From a virus: a DNA stretch of 64,000 bases. Positions 18,615 through 27,089 of this stretch are shown here, one piece after another. Where the stretch lies: IMG/VR virus record IMGVR_UViG_3300007616_000002, positions 12,682 through 76,681 of that record. The stretch is one strand, 5' to 3'. The position numbers and the translations under genes are program-made. The notes beneath the pieces are model-generated. The model was not told where the DNA came from and did not search any database. It worked only from the letters and a program-made list of their open reading frames with translations. The stretch's first letter is position 1. Every line of letters starts with the position of its first letter.

Positions 18615-18660
18615 CAGCCAGTAATACAGTTGGCTGGCCAGTAATCCAGCCAGTAATATA
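18615..18660. repeat. CAGCCAGTAAT tandem repeats, copy 2, upstream of parA
   Basis: Three CCAGTAAT units; 21-bp identity with 514-534. Confidence 0.78.
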
Positions 18661-18839
18661 GACAACTGGAAGTCCAGAGCGGGGACTCTCCGGACAATCA
18701 ACCAAGCAATCTGTTTGTCCGTCTACCACCTCCCCGCATTGTATTGTATGACGAACGGGTCAACCGGCTGTAGAGCAGTCGATAAACCATATTCCGCTAT
18801 ACCAAAACTATTTGACCCTGCTCGACTTATTTGCACATA

Positions 18840-19313
18840 ATGGTAGGAAAACTTGACGAGGCGTATCTCACGGAATTACAGCAACGGCAACGTCCTGAAG
18901 GGCAACAATCGCTTTTTGAAGACTACAAACACAGTGCGACTGCTATCGCTGTCGTGACCGCCCCGACCGGTGGGATAGTTGAAATCTGCGATGAGTTCAT
19001 GCCGGAGCTAGGGATGCCGCGAAGTGTGTTGGATGACTTCCAAAAGCTCAGAAGCCAGATGAACGAAGTGAGCGGGGTCAAAGAACACAACAAGGCATAC
19101 GAGCGGTGTGACCTCGATTCGGAGTATAGAACGTACCTCAAGCTCAACAGTGATGCTCAGGAGGCCGTAGAATCGGTTGTGAACCGGTTGGAGTCAGGTG
19201 AGTCTATCACCCTCGTCTGCTTTGAGAAATCCCCCAAGCGGTGTCACAGGCACGTTCTGAAGGAAGAAATAGAAAAGCGTCTTGGAGAGAGGTCTCAGGC
19301 TACGAAGTCGTAA
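18840..19313 (+). CDS. DUF488-family protein
   Basis: PELG.P, ITLVCFE...CHRHVL. Confidence 0.75.
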   Translation: MVGKLDEAYLTELQQRQRPEGQQSLFEDYKHSATAIAVVTAPTGGIVEICDEFMPELGMPRSVLDDFQKLRSQMNEVSGVKEHNKAYERCDLDSEYRTYLKLNSDAQEAVESVVNRLESGESITLVCFEKSPKRCHRHVLKEEIEKRLGERSQATKS

Positions 19314-19658
19314 TCGTCCGACTCATCGAGCCGGAACTCTTCCATCTCTTCGCCCTCACCTGCTGAGCACTCTCCACAAAACAGTTCGCCGTTTACTTGA
19401 ACGAGGTCTGAACCGCAGTTTGAACAATCCATAGGTAAACCTATTAGCCGGGCAGTACTTAAAACTTACGATTAAGGTGAAACTGAAGCCTACTCCTCTT
19501 CGAAGTAGTGGTCGTACTCACCATCCACCCACTTCAACCGCCACTCTATGTCCCGATACTCAAGCTCTTCCGTCTGAATCTCCGCGACTTCATTGAGGCG
19601 CTCCCAGTATTCGTAAAGCACATCGGGTTTGGAGGGTGGATTAAAAAGTTTTGGCTCC

Positions 19659-22238
19659 TTACGCGCAGGGTGAGTGGAAGCAGTTCGGGCAGATAGTACA
19701 GCCTTCACCGTCGTCTTCCATTTCAGTGCCACACTCCTCACAGAGTTCTTCGCCAGTCTCCACGTCGAGGCCCAGTTCTTCGGCGGCCTCCGCGGTCATC
19801 TCACCAGACTTATAGAGGTCTTCGAGGGTCTGGTGAATATCATCGTCCGTCTCGTCAAGCTTGTTGTCACGTCGGACGGTCTTAACCTGCTCGTTCCGAG
19901 AGCCGTCACGATAGAACGTGAGCCCCTTCGCAGGTGCGCCGATGTTCTGGTCCTCGTCACTGATAGCTCGCATGAACGAGGTGTACACGTCGGCTCGTGT
20001 GGCGTCGTTGGGGGCGTTGATGGTCTTCGAAATACCAGAGTCGGTGAACTCTTGGAACGACCTCTGCATGTCCGTGTGCTGGAACGATGTAAGCTCGTTC
20101 GTCGTAACGAACACGTCAGCGATTTTATCGGGAATCGAAAGGTCCTGCGGGCCCTCGAAGTCGTTCGTGGCCATAAGTTCCTGCGCCTCGGCCTTCACTT
20201 CTTCGGGGTCGTAGCCGTTCTCTTCGAGGACCTCACCGAAGTAGTCGTCAAACTCGACCAGCATGTCGTCACCCTGTACGTCATCACCGACGTTCTTGTA
20301 GTTCACGACGTTGAACAGGGGCTCACACCCACCAGTCGTGTTGCCGAGCATCGACGTGGTACCCGTCGGTGCGATAGTCGTCGTGTTGTGGTTACGGATT
20401 TTGAAGCCACCTTCCCAGTCGTCAGCGTCCTCGTAGGTGTGCTTCTCGAACCACTCGGGGTACTCAGTCGGGCTCGCATACTTGGACTCGTCCCAGTACT
20501 TGAACGTGCCACGCTCCTTGGCCAGTTCGTGCGAGACCATCTTGGACTCACGGTCGATTTCGTGCATGATGGCACGAGCGACCTCGTAGCTCTCGTCGGA
20601 GCCGTACTGGAGCCCCATTTGGAAGAGCATCTGAGCGAAGCCCATGATACCCAGACCAATCTTTCGCTGACCTTTCACACGGTCGGAAATCTGGTCTAGC
20701 GGGAACTCGGACTGTGTGACAACGTTGTCGAGGAATCGAGTACCTGACTCGATGACGCGCTGGAACTGCTCGTTGTCGAGCGCCTTATCGACGTATTCGT
20801 GGACAAGCTCTTCAGTGTCAGCCTCAGAGATACGGCTGTCAGGCTGGTTCTGAAGCCACTGGCCGTAGGTGACGGCATCTTGGTTGAGCATCAACGAGAG
20901 ATTGATGTGACCAAGGTTACAGGCCTCGTGCTCACTGAGCGGCTGTTCGGCGCAGGGGTTGGTGGCCTCGATGGCGTGCTCGGGGTACTCTTCCACGTCG
21001 AAGCTGTGGTCACGGTTTGTCTCGTCGTAGTAGAAGAGACCGGGCTCACCGTTACGCCACGCACCGTCGATGATGAGGTCGAAAACAAACCGGGCGGGAA
21101 GCTCCATCTCTTCGACTTCTCGAAGCTTGTACTCGGACTCCTCAATCACAACTTCCTCAGTGAAAGCGGGGTTGGAATCTTCGGGGGCATCTTCAAGCGG
21201 GAACTCTTTGTTTCCGTCAGCATCAACGACCCACGTTTCAGTTTCATCGGTGAACGAGTCTTTCCACTTCTCAGCGACGGAGACCTTCTCACCAGCTTCG
21301 GGGTCCCACGCCATAATCTCGTCGGCGTAGTCTCGCCAGAAGTTCTCCTTGACGAGCTTGCCGGACACACCGTCTTCCTGTGCGTCTTCCCAGTCCTGCG
21401 GATTGTTCTCGAACTCGGGGTTGTAGAAGTTTGCCGTCTCTTCGACTACCTCGAACGCCTCTTCGTAGTCGCTCTCGGGGTCGAAGAACGTGTACGTGCC
21501 ACCGTGCTCGACAGCCTTCTTGAAGTCGTCGGTGACACCGACTGAGATGTTGAAGTTGTCCAGTTCTCCTTCCTTTCGCTTGGCGCAGATGAATCGACCA
21601 ATGTCGGCATGGTCGATGCGAAGGATTCCCATCTGTGCCCCCCGTCGTTTTCCGCCTTGTTCCACAGTCCCACATGTTGTATTAAACACCTCCATGAAGG
21701 AAATGGGACCCGAGGAAACGCCACCAGTCGATTCAACGATAGCGCCCTGCGGGCGTAGGTGCGAGAAGGAGTAACCGACACCGCCGCCGGACTTGAAAAT
21801 AAGCGCCGCGTGGCGTGCGGAGTCAAAGATGTGGTCCATGTCGTCCTTCGGTTCGAGGACGAAACATGCAGAAAGTTGCTGAAGGTCGGTATCAGCGTTC
21901 ATCAGCGTGGGCGAGTTCGGCATGAACTGCTGGGTCTCCATCAGGTGCTGGAACTCGTCGGCCCACTCCTGATACTGTTCTTGCGCTTCGAGTGTGTTCG
22001 GGTCGTCTACATGGTCGAACTCGGCCTCTGCGACGTTACTGGCGACTCGCTCGAATAGCTCTTCAGGCTCTTCAATCACCTCACCATCACCATCTCGCTT
22101 CAGATAGCGAGCCGGGAGAATGTTATAGAGGGCGTTATCAGTAAAACCCTCCATCGGCTCGGGGATGGACTGAATCGGCGTTTCGATTGTCTGAACTTGC
22201 TCTTCGGCTTCAACTTGAGTGTCTGCGTTCGTGCTCAT
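19659..22238 (-). CDS. nrdJ: Class II (B12-dependent) ribonucleotide reductase
   Basis: PNSPTL, LSACFV, GGGVG, TNPCAEQ, CNLG, TIAPTGT, C-terminal CxxC..CxxC. Confidence 0.95.
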   Translation of the reverse strand: MSTNADTQVEAEEQVQTIETPIQSIPEPMEGFTDNALYNILPARYLKRDGDGEVIEEPEELFERVASNVAEAEFDHVDDPNTLEAQEQYQEWADEFQHLMETQQFMPNSPTLMNADTDLQQLSACFVLEPKDDMDHIFDSARHAALIFKSGGGVGYSFSHLRPQGAIVESTGGVSSGPISFMEVFNTTCGTVEQGGKRRGAQMGILRIDHADIGRFICAKRKEGELDNFNISVGVTDDFKKAVEHGGTYTFFDPESDYEEAFEVVEETANFYNPEFENNPQDWEDAQEDGVSGKLVKENFWRDYADEIMAWDPEAGEKVSVAEKWKDSFTDETETWVVDADGNKEFPLEDAPEDSNPAFTEEVVIEESEYKLREVEEMELPARFVFDLIIDGAWRNGEPGLFYYDETNRDHSFDVEEYPEHAIEATNPCAEQPLSEHEACNLGHINLSLMLNQDAVTYGQWLQNQPDSRISEADTEELVHEYVDKALDNEQFQRVIESGTRFLDNVVTQSEFPLDQISDRVKGQRKIGLGIMGFAQMLFQMGLQYGSDESYEVARAIMHEIDRESKMVSHELAKERGTFKYWDESKYASPTEYPEWFEKHTYEDADDWEGGFKIRNHNTTTIAPTGTTSMLGNTTGGCEPLFNVVNYKNVGDDVQGDDMLVEFDDYFGEVLEENGYDPEEVKAEAQELMATNDFEGPQDLSIPDKIADVFVTTNELTSFQHTDMQRSFQEFTDSGISKTINAPNDATRADVYTSFMRAISDEDQNIGAPAKGLTFYRDGSRNEQVKTVRRDNKLDETDDDIHQTLEDLYKSGEMTAEAAEELGLDVETGEELCEECGTEMEDDGEGCTICPNCFHSPCA

Positions 22239-22270
22239 GTTTAAGATATTTACGGATTTGTCCCTTGTCT

Positions 22271-22285
22271 CGGGTGGTACTTAAA
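22271..22285 (-). promoter_or_regulatory. Viral promoter motif for nrdJ
   Basis: Reverse complement is TTTAAGTACCACCCG, identical to 5039-5053. Confidence 0.8.
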
Positions 22286-22546
22286 CCCTTCGTTACGAAA
22301 ACGCGAGAGGGGTCCCCAATCGTATATAAATTCAGTGACTGGAACCCGTCTATGCGTTTAGAAAGGAGTGTGAGATACTGGTGTAGACCAGTAGTTCAAC
22401 GGGTGGAGGGACACGCCCGTAATGGGCACGTAACATGGTAAGCAGAGATAGTTTTTAAGTGGCCCCCCAAACTGTGTTGGTCGAAGGATTTATATACCCT
22501 CCAGAGTGTAGCGGTAAGTGCGGCAAAAAAGAGAGCGGGGGTCTTA

Positions 22547-22566
22547 AACAAAGGTAAACACACTTG
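22547..22566. repeat. AACAAAGGTAAACACACTTG, copy 1 (extended GTAAACACAC motif)
   Basis: Exact 20-mer repeated at 34290-34309. Confidence 0.75.
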
Positions 22567-22658
22567 CGACAGCATTGTCTGGACGGTGCTATCCCTCTTC
22601 CCCGTTGCTGTCCTCTGGGGAAAGGCTTAAGTCCCGGCCGTTCAAATAGTCTGATAAC

Positions 22659-22991
22659 ATGACTGAAGAAGACGAGACTGTTCCGGAGCGTTTACTTGAC
22701 CCGGAGTGGCGGATGCAAAACATCTTGAAGTACGCAACAGAAAAACGAGAAGACACAGACGTAATCGTGCAACATCCTGTTCGAGAAGAGTCTCCCGAAA
22801 GTGTTGATGCTGAGTTCGTTGAGGTGATGGGACTTTCTGTCGGTTCCAATGGGAACGGTGTTGTGACTATTCAGAACACCACTTCTGACACTTCCATGAC
22901 CGAGCGATTCGTCGCTTTTGATGCGGAACTAATTGATGGCCTCGTTCAAGCACTCGAAGATGTTAAGCGCAGGGAGAACACCGATGAGTAG
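22659..22991 (+). CDS. Hypothetical protein
   Basis: 110-aa ORF after promoter motif. Confidence 0.65.
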   Translation: MTEEDETVPERLLDPEWRMQNILKYATEKREDTDVIVQHPVREESPESVDAEFVEVMGLSVGSNGNGVVTIQNTTSDTSMTERFVAFDAELIDGLVQALEDVKRRENTDE

Positions 22992-23601
22992 ACCGTTGGT
23001 TATCTCTATCGAGGGGATAGACGGCTCGGGGACAACCAGTGTTACTGATGCCGCACAGAAGCGGTTCAAAAACGTCAAGACGACAGCAGAGCCCGCTGAG
23101 CAGTTCTACACTGGTGAAGCTACCCGAAAGGCCATCAACGACAACAAGACGCACCCGATGACTGATTTTCACTTCTTCATCGGGGACCGGGCCTACCACA
23201 TCGAGAACACCATCAAGCCCGCGCTTAAGGCCGGGCGAACTGTCATTACGGACCGGTATCTCCACTCGACGTTCGCGTATCAGCAAGTAAATCTAGATGG
23301 TGTTGTCGATGAGCCTGAAGAGTACATCCATGAGTCCATGAAAGAGTGGGTTCTCTATCCCAACCTCACTATCCTTCTTGATGTTCCGGCTGATGTGGCC
23401 GCTGAACGAACATCTGACGATGACAAGTACGAAGTGTCATCTTTCCAGAAGAAGGTTCGGCAGAACTATCTTGACCTCGCTGAAGACGACCCGTCCGTCA
23501 TTACCGTCGATGCGTCTCAGCCCAAGGAGAAGGTCATGATGGAGTCGTTGACCATTATCGAAGAAGCGATGACGCAGATGCACGAAGAGGATGGGTGGTA
23601 A
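22984..23601 (+). CDS. tmk: Thymidylate kinase
   Basis: IEGIDGSGTTS, AEP, DRAYH, ITDRYLHSTFAYQ. Confidence 0.92.
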   Translation: MSRPLVISIEGIDGSGTTSVTDAAQKRFKNVKTTAEPAEQFYTGEATRKAINDNKTHPMTDFHFFIGDRAYHIENTIKPALKAGRTVITDRYLHSTFAYQQVNLDGVVDEPEEYIHESMKEWVLYPNLTILLDVPADVAAERTSDDDKYEVSSFQKKVRQNYLDLAEDDPSVITVDASQPKEKVMMESLTIIEEAMTQMHEEDGW

Positions 23602-23602
23602 C

Positions 23603-23800
23603 ATGGCCAAGCTCACGCACATCAACAACGGGAACGACTGGGAGGCTATTTATATCGAGGGTGAGAAGGTCACGGACCAGCATCTCGGACGACTCTGGCC
23701 GAAGAGCGTTCTCGACCTCATGGTAGCGCATGACATTACAGAGACAGAGACAAAAACTGAACCCGAGTTCGAGTTTCCGGAAGTTCTGGAAGACGAGTAA
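23603..23800 (+). CDS. Hypothetical protein
   Basis: Small acidic ORF. Confidence 0.55.
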   Translation: MAKLTHINNGNDWEAIYIEGEKVTDQHLGRLWPKSVLDLMVAHDITETETKTEPEFEFPEVLEDE

Positions 23801-23860
23801 ACACAGTGCGTTTTTCACCGGGTCGAAAGTATTAAGTACCACCCATTCAAATAGAAGGTT

Positions 23861-24010
23861 GCCGCAAACGCGTGGTAACTCCGTCGTAAAACTAAGTCCC
23901 GTAAACCTCGGCGGTTAATAACGTCGGGCTATGGACGAGCGTGCGGGTGACGGCCCACTGGTGTTGGAAGACTTCGTTGCGCGGAGTGGCGAGCCTAACT
24001 CGCCAACGGT
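23861..24010 (+). ncRNA. Candidate structured ncRNA upstream of tRNA-Leu
   Basis: Starts about 25 nt after the TATA motif at 23831; GCCG/CGGT ends, ACTCCG/CGGAGT, GGCGAG-cctaa-CTCGCC hairpin; no credible ORF. Confidence 0.5.
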
Positions 24011-24017
24011 TTCAGTT

Positions 24018-24100
24018 GGAGGTGTACCCAAGTGGTCAAAGGGGCACCGTTGAGGGCGGTGTGGCGTAGGCCTTCGCAGGTTCGAGTCCTGTCACCTCCA
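24018..24100 (+). tRNA. tRNA-Leu(GAG)
   Basis: GGAGGTG/CACCTCC acceptor, CACCG-ttGAGgg-CGGTG, long variable arm, GGTTCGAGTCC. Confidence 0.93.
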
Positions 24101-24101
24101 T

Positions 24102-24311
24102 ATGAAAGAAGACCAGACGGCTGAACTGAGGCACATACTGAGTTTCGTCCAGTCACATCTCGACAAGCACGACGTTCGAATGAGTAACTGTAGCTACGAC
24201 ATTGTGTCCCACACGGATACAGAGCCCGGACGTGTTCCAGAACCTGATTTCGAAGTCACAGGACAGGAAGTAGAAGTCTCGTTCAAGTACACGGTTCCGT
24301 TCGAGGAATGA
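24102..24311 (+). CDS. Hypothetical protein
   Basis: 69-aa ORF directly after the tRNA. Confidence 0.55.
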   Translation: MKEDQTAELRHILSFVQSHLDKHDVRMSNCSYDIVSHTDTEPGRVPEPDFEVTGQEVEVSFKYTVPFEE

Positions 24312-25105
24312 AATCCCATCTACTGGCGGGACAACGGAGGTTTTACGAGTGTGACAGCGAGCATAAGCTCTTTCTCGGCGGCCGTCGTTCGGGAAAGACT
24401 CATGCGCTTGCTTTTGAAGGAATTGAAGCCTCGATAGAGCACGGCCTCGATGTGTTGTTACTTACTCAGCGGGAGATGATGGCACAAAACGCGGTCGACA
24501 CCGCGAGAGAAATATCCTTCGACCAGTTTAACCAGATGAGTTTGAAAACTAATGGGAAATTAAAGCTGAAGTACAAAAATGGCGGGACGTTTCACGCCAA
24601 TACGTTTACTCGTGTCACTGGGGGGCTGAGAGTCAACCATTATGATTTACTTCTAATTGATGAAGTTCAGGAGATTGACCCGGACAACCTGAGAAGCCTC
24701 TACAGATACACGTATGAAATGTCTCCGAAACTGTTTGAGGGATTCTATGCGGCTGGAACCCCGTTAGACGGGCTAAATGAGCCTCTTGAATTTTTGAGAG
24801 ATGAAGAATTTGTGTTTATGCCTGTTTCAACCATCGAAAATTCAATGATTAACCATGAGGTGGTGCAAGAGCAACGACAAAGGCTTTCTGAAGTAGAGTT
24901 TCGAAAGCGGTTCATGGTTGGTCTCAATGTAGGTGGTCATATGCTCTTTAATATTGAGCAAGACGGAGAACGTCTTCATCAGTGCATGTTGTGTGACTTT
25001 GAAGAAGCAATTCCGCTGAATTTCCCCGATGAGAAGGTGTCTGCGGTTGAGGGGTATATCTTCGGAAAGGCACAGAAGTCATCCTGCAATAAGCAAAAGG
25101 TTTAA
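24308..25105 (+). CDS. Terminase-like ATPase domain protein lacking a nuclease domain
   Basis: GGRRSGKT, LLLIDEVQ, AGTP; only 265 aa. Confidence 0.7.
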   Translation: MKSHLLAGQRRFYECDSEHKLFLGGRRSGKTHALAFEGIEASIEHGLDVLLLTQREMMAQNAVDTAREISFDQFNQMSLKTNGKLKLKYKNGGTFHANTFTRVTGGLRVNHYDLLLIDEVQEIDPDNLRSLYRYTYEMSPKLFEGFYAAGTPLDGLNEPLEFLRDEEFVFMPVSTIENSMINHEVVQEQRQRLSEVEFRKRFMVGLNVGGHMLFNIEQDGERLHQCMLCDFEEAIPLNFPDEKVSAVEGYIFGKAQKSSCNKQKV

Positions 25106-25124
25106 TACGCACCCGACTAAATAC

Positions 25125-25547
25125 ATGTATATGAACACCGAAGAAGAGTATCCGAATATCAAAGAAGTACTCAACAATAGCAGTAAGGTGGCCAACGCTT
25201 ACTGTGCGGCAAAGTACGCCATCTGGCAAGTTGGATATGTGCTATTCCTGCTTATCGGCGGAGTAGCAACAATCCTTGTCGGCATCGCTTTACTTATTTT
25301 AGCCGTCCTTGAAAAGATATTAAAGCTTGTTGGAGAGGGTGTAGATATAGCGTCCGACAAGCTTAGTGTCAGTGACGCTGGGTCCCAAGTGTCTGAAGCT
25401 ATCGAAAGTGGTCACGAGAAGTCCAAGGAAACACCCGTTGTTCGACGCATCTGGGGTGAGTGTCCTGTCAGTATCAAGCAGGAGCCGAAGTGGTTCGAGA
25501 CAATCGCTGACACTATTGAACGAAAGCTAGACGACCTGTTCCATTAG
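25125..25547 (+). CDS. Membrane protein
   Basis: Long hydrophobic segment; promoter near 25101. Confidence 0.65.
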   Translation: MYMNTEEEYPNIKEVLNNSSKVANAYCAAKYAIWQVGYVLFLLIGGVATILVGIALLILAVLEKILKLVGEGVDIASDKLSVSDAGSQVSEAIESGHEKSKETPVVRRIWGECPVSIKQEPKWFETIADTIERKLDDLFH

Positions 25548-25568
25548 GCAATAGAACAACCACATTGT

Positions 25569-25686
25569 GCCGTCGTTGAGCAATGGTAGCTCGCCGGTCT
25601 TGAAAAAACGATGGAATTAATTCCATCGTAGCAAGATAACCGGCGTCTGAAATATTGGCATAGGGGTTCGAATCCCCTCGACGGCG
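25569..25686 (+). tRNA. tRNA-Ser(TGA) with 33-nt BHB intron at 37/38 (intron 25605-25637)
   Basis: GCCGTCG/CGACGGC acceptor; CTTG/CAAG central helix with two 3-nt bulges; long variable arm; G73. Confidence 0.88.
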
Positions 25687-25689
25687 TTC

Positions 25690-26292
25690 ATGAACGATAT
25701 AGACCTCTTAGAACTCGCTGAAAAGGTTGGCGAGGACTTTCCGATGGATTTTAAATATCAGGTATACGATGAAACGGCCCGATTCAGAGAGGTGCTTCGT
25801 ATTGGTCTGAACGCACAGTATGTCGATGGGAGTGAACAGCCAGTCACAGGGGAGGTAACCGTCACACCTGAGATAGTCACAGACTCGAATATTAACCCAC
25901 TGGAACTTCTCGAAGGGCAGATACAGAAAACACATAGAAGTGTTATAGAGAACTCTTCCGACAAGATAGAGGTCAACGGTCACGAGATTCAAATACAGAT
26001 GACACACGGCTTCAGGGCGACGTGTCTCGATACTGGTGTGGAACTGTCCGTCCAGCCGGAAGAATACAAACACACGCCGCCAGCTACTCTCCACGTAGAC
26101 GGGGTAGATGAAGCTCTGACGGTAACAGACGCCACTGTGTTTGATGACTCCCGAGACCTCCCATACCACATCAAGGAAAAGTTGTTGATGTACGTCGTCG
26201 GCTGGGCGATGGAGTACTCCCCGGATGAATGGTTTAACCAACACTCGGGCGAGTTGTTGGTTAAGTCTACCGAAGGGCGTCGAAAGATTTAA
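25690..26292 (+). CDS. Hypothetical protein
   Basis: 200-aa acidic ORF. Confidence 0.65.
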   Translation: MNDIDLLELAEKVGEDFPMDFKYQVYDETARFREVLRIGLNAQYVDGSEQPVTGEVTVTPEIVTDSNINPLELLEGQIQKTHRSVIENSSDKIEVNGHEIQIQMTHGFRATCLDTGVELSVQPEEYKHTPPATLHVDGVDEALTVTDATVFDDSRDLPYHIKEKLLMYVVGWAMEYSPDEWFNQHSGELLVKSTEGRRKI

Positions 26293-26313
26293 GTACCCCC
26301 GGGTTATACATGA

Positions 26314-26462
26314 GTACACAAGGACGTGTCAGACCGAGGTGACGCTTGGAAGACACGGGCAAGGGAAAAAGGTCACCATCCTGATTCCCAATAGTCATAC
26401 GGTGATGGAATTGAGATGGAACCCCGTCATTAGTCGTAGACACTGGGGAATTAATATTCCCC
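26314..26462 (+). ncRNA. Candidate structured ncRNA upstream of tRNA-Asp
   Basis: Behind promoter at 26288; CGTGTC/GACACG crossing GGTGAC/GTCACC; GGGGAAT-taat-ATTCCCC. Confidence 0.45.
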
Positions 26463-26465
26463 GTT

Positions 26466-26538
26466 GCCGGGTTAGTTTAGTGGCCTAAAATGAGGCACTG
26501 TCACTGCCTCGCCGCGGGTTCGACTCCCGCACCCGGCG
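26466..26538 (+). tRNA. tRNA-Asp(GTC)
   Basis: GCCGGGT/ACCCGGC, AGGCA-ctGTCac-TGCCT, GGTTCGACTCC. Confidence 0.93.
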
Positions 26539-26748
26539 TTTCCCCGAGCCGATAGCGGACCCTACGCACACATCGCTACACTTCAACTCCACGGCTCATG
26601 CAAGCTTTGCTTCGGGTCATCCGGTCCGTGGTGTAGGTGCAGGGGAAATTGGGTTTGGGCGGTGCAACTCCGTCCTGCCTGCGATAGACGCCTCACGGTA
26701 CATCGCAAATTTCCACAGTTAGGGGGCTAACATCCCCATATCACTGTC
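26539..26748 (+). ncRNA. Candidate pseudoknotted RNA plus a module with a T-arm-like hairpin
   Basis: TTTCCCC/GGGGAAA, GAGCCG/CGGCTC, GCGGACC/GGTCCGT; GGGCGG-tgcaact-CCGTCC. Confidence 0.5.
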
Positions 26749-26750
26749 TC

Positions 26751-26824
26751 GGACGGGTAGCATAACTGGGAATGCACTCCCATGAATCGGGAGACTGATG
26801 TAGGTTCGAATCCTACCCTCTCCA
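26751..26824 (+). tRNA. Atypical tRNA-Phe(GAA)
   Basis: Cloverleaf with CTCCC-atGAAtc-GGGAG; C4:C69 mismatch, A32 and T37. Confidence 0.7.
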
Positions 26825-26827
26825 TTC

Positions 26828-26901
26828 GCTCCCATAGGGTAGCTGGCCAATCCTGTCGGCCTTTCGAGCCGACGACGTGGGTTCGAGTCCCACTGGGAGC
26901 A
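26828..26901 (+). tRNA. tRNA-Glu(TTC)
   Basis: GCTCCCA/TGGGAGC, TCGGC-ctTTCga-GCCGA. Confidence 0.94.
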
Positions 26902-26902
26902 T

Positions 26903-27071
26903 GAGCCGAGACCTCACTCGGTGGAGGCCGTATGACCATGCTCCGAGAAGGTGCGCTGACTACCCTGCGTAAGCAGGTTACGCGTGTCCACGATGGGCGT
27001 GGGTGCGGCAAGTAAAGGGGAGTGAAGCCAAGGTTTGCGGACAACTGGCCATTGTCGCGGCGAGCGGCCCC
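26903..27071 (+). ncRNA. Structured ncRNA, family member B
   Basis: GCCGTAT/GTGCGGC, CCATGCTC/GGGCGTGG, TGTCC/GGACA; shares GCYAAGGTTTGCG(G)ACA with 28053-28206. Confidence 0.55.
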
Positions 27072-27089
27072 AATTACCGCTATACAAAC

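Noticed and set aside
499-18660. CRISPR array or mini-array from the CCAGTAAT or GTAAACACAC repeats
   Set aside because: Units are too short, either tandem without spacers or dispersed; no cas operon, and the PD-(D/E)XK gene is a typical viral exonuclease
22300-22450. tRNA-like sequence upstream of nrdJ (TGGTGTAG...GTTCAA)
   Set aside because: No acceptor stem or properly placed T arm
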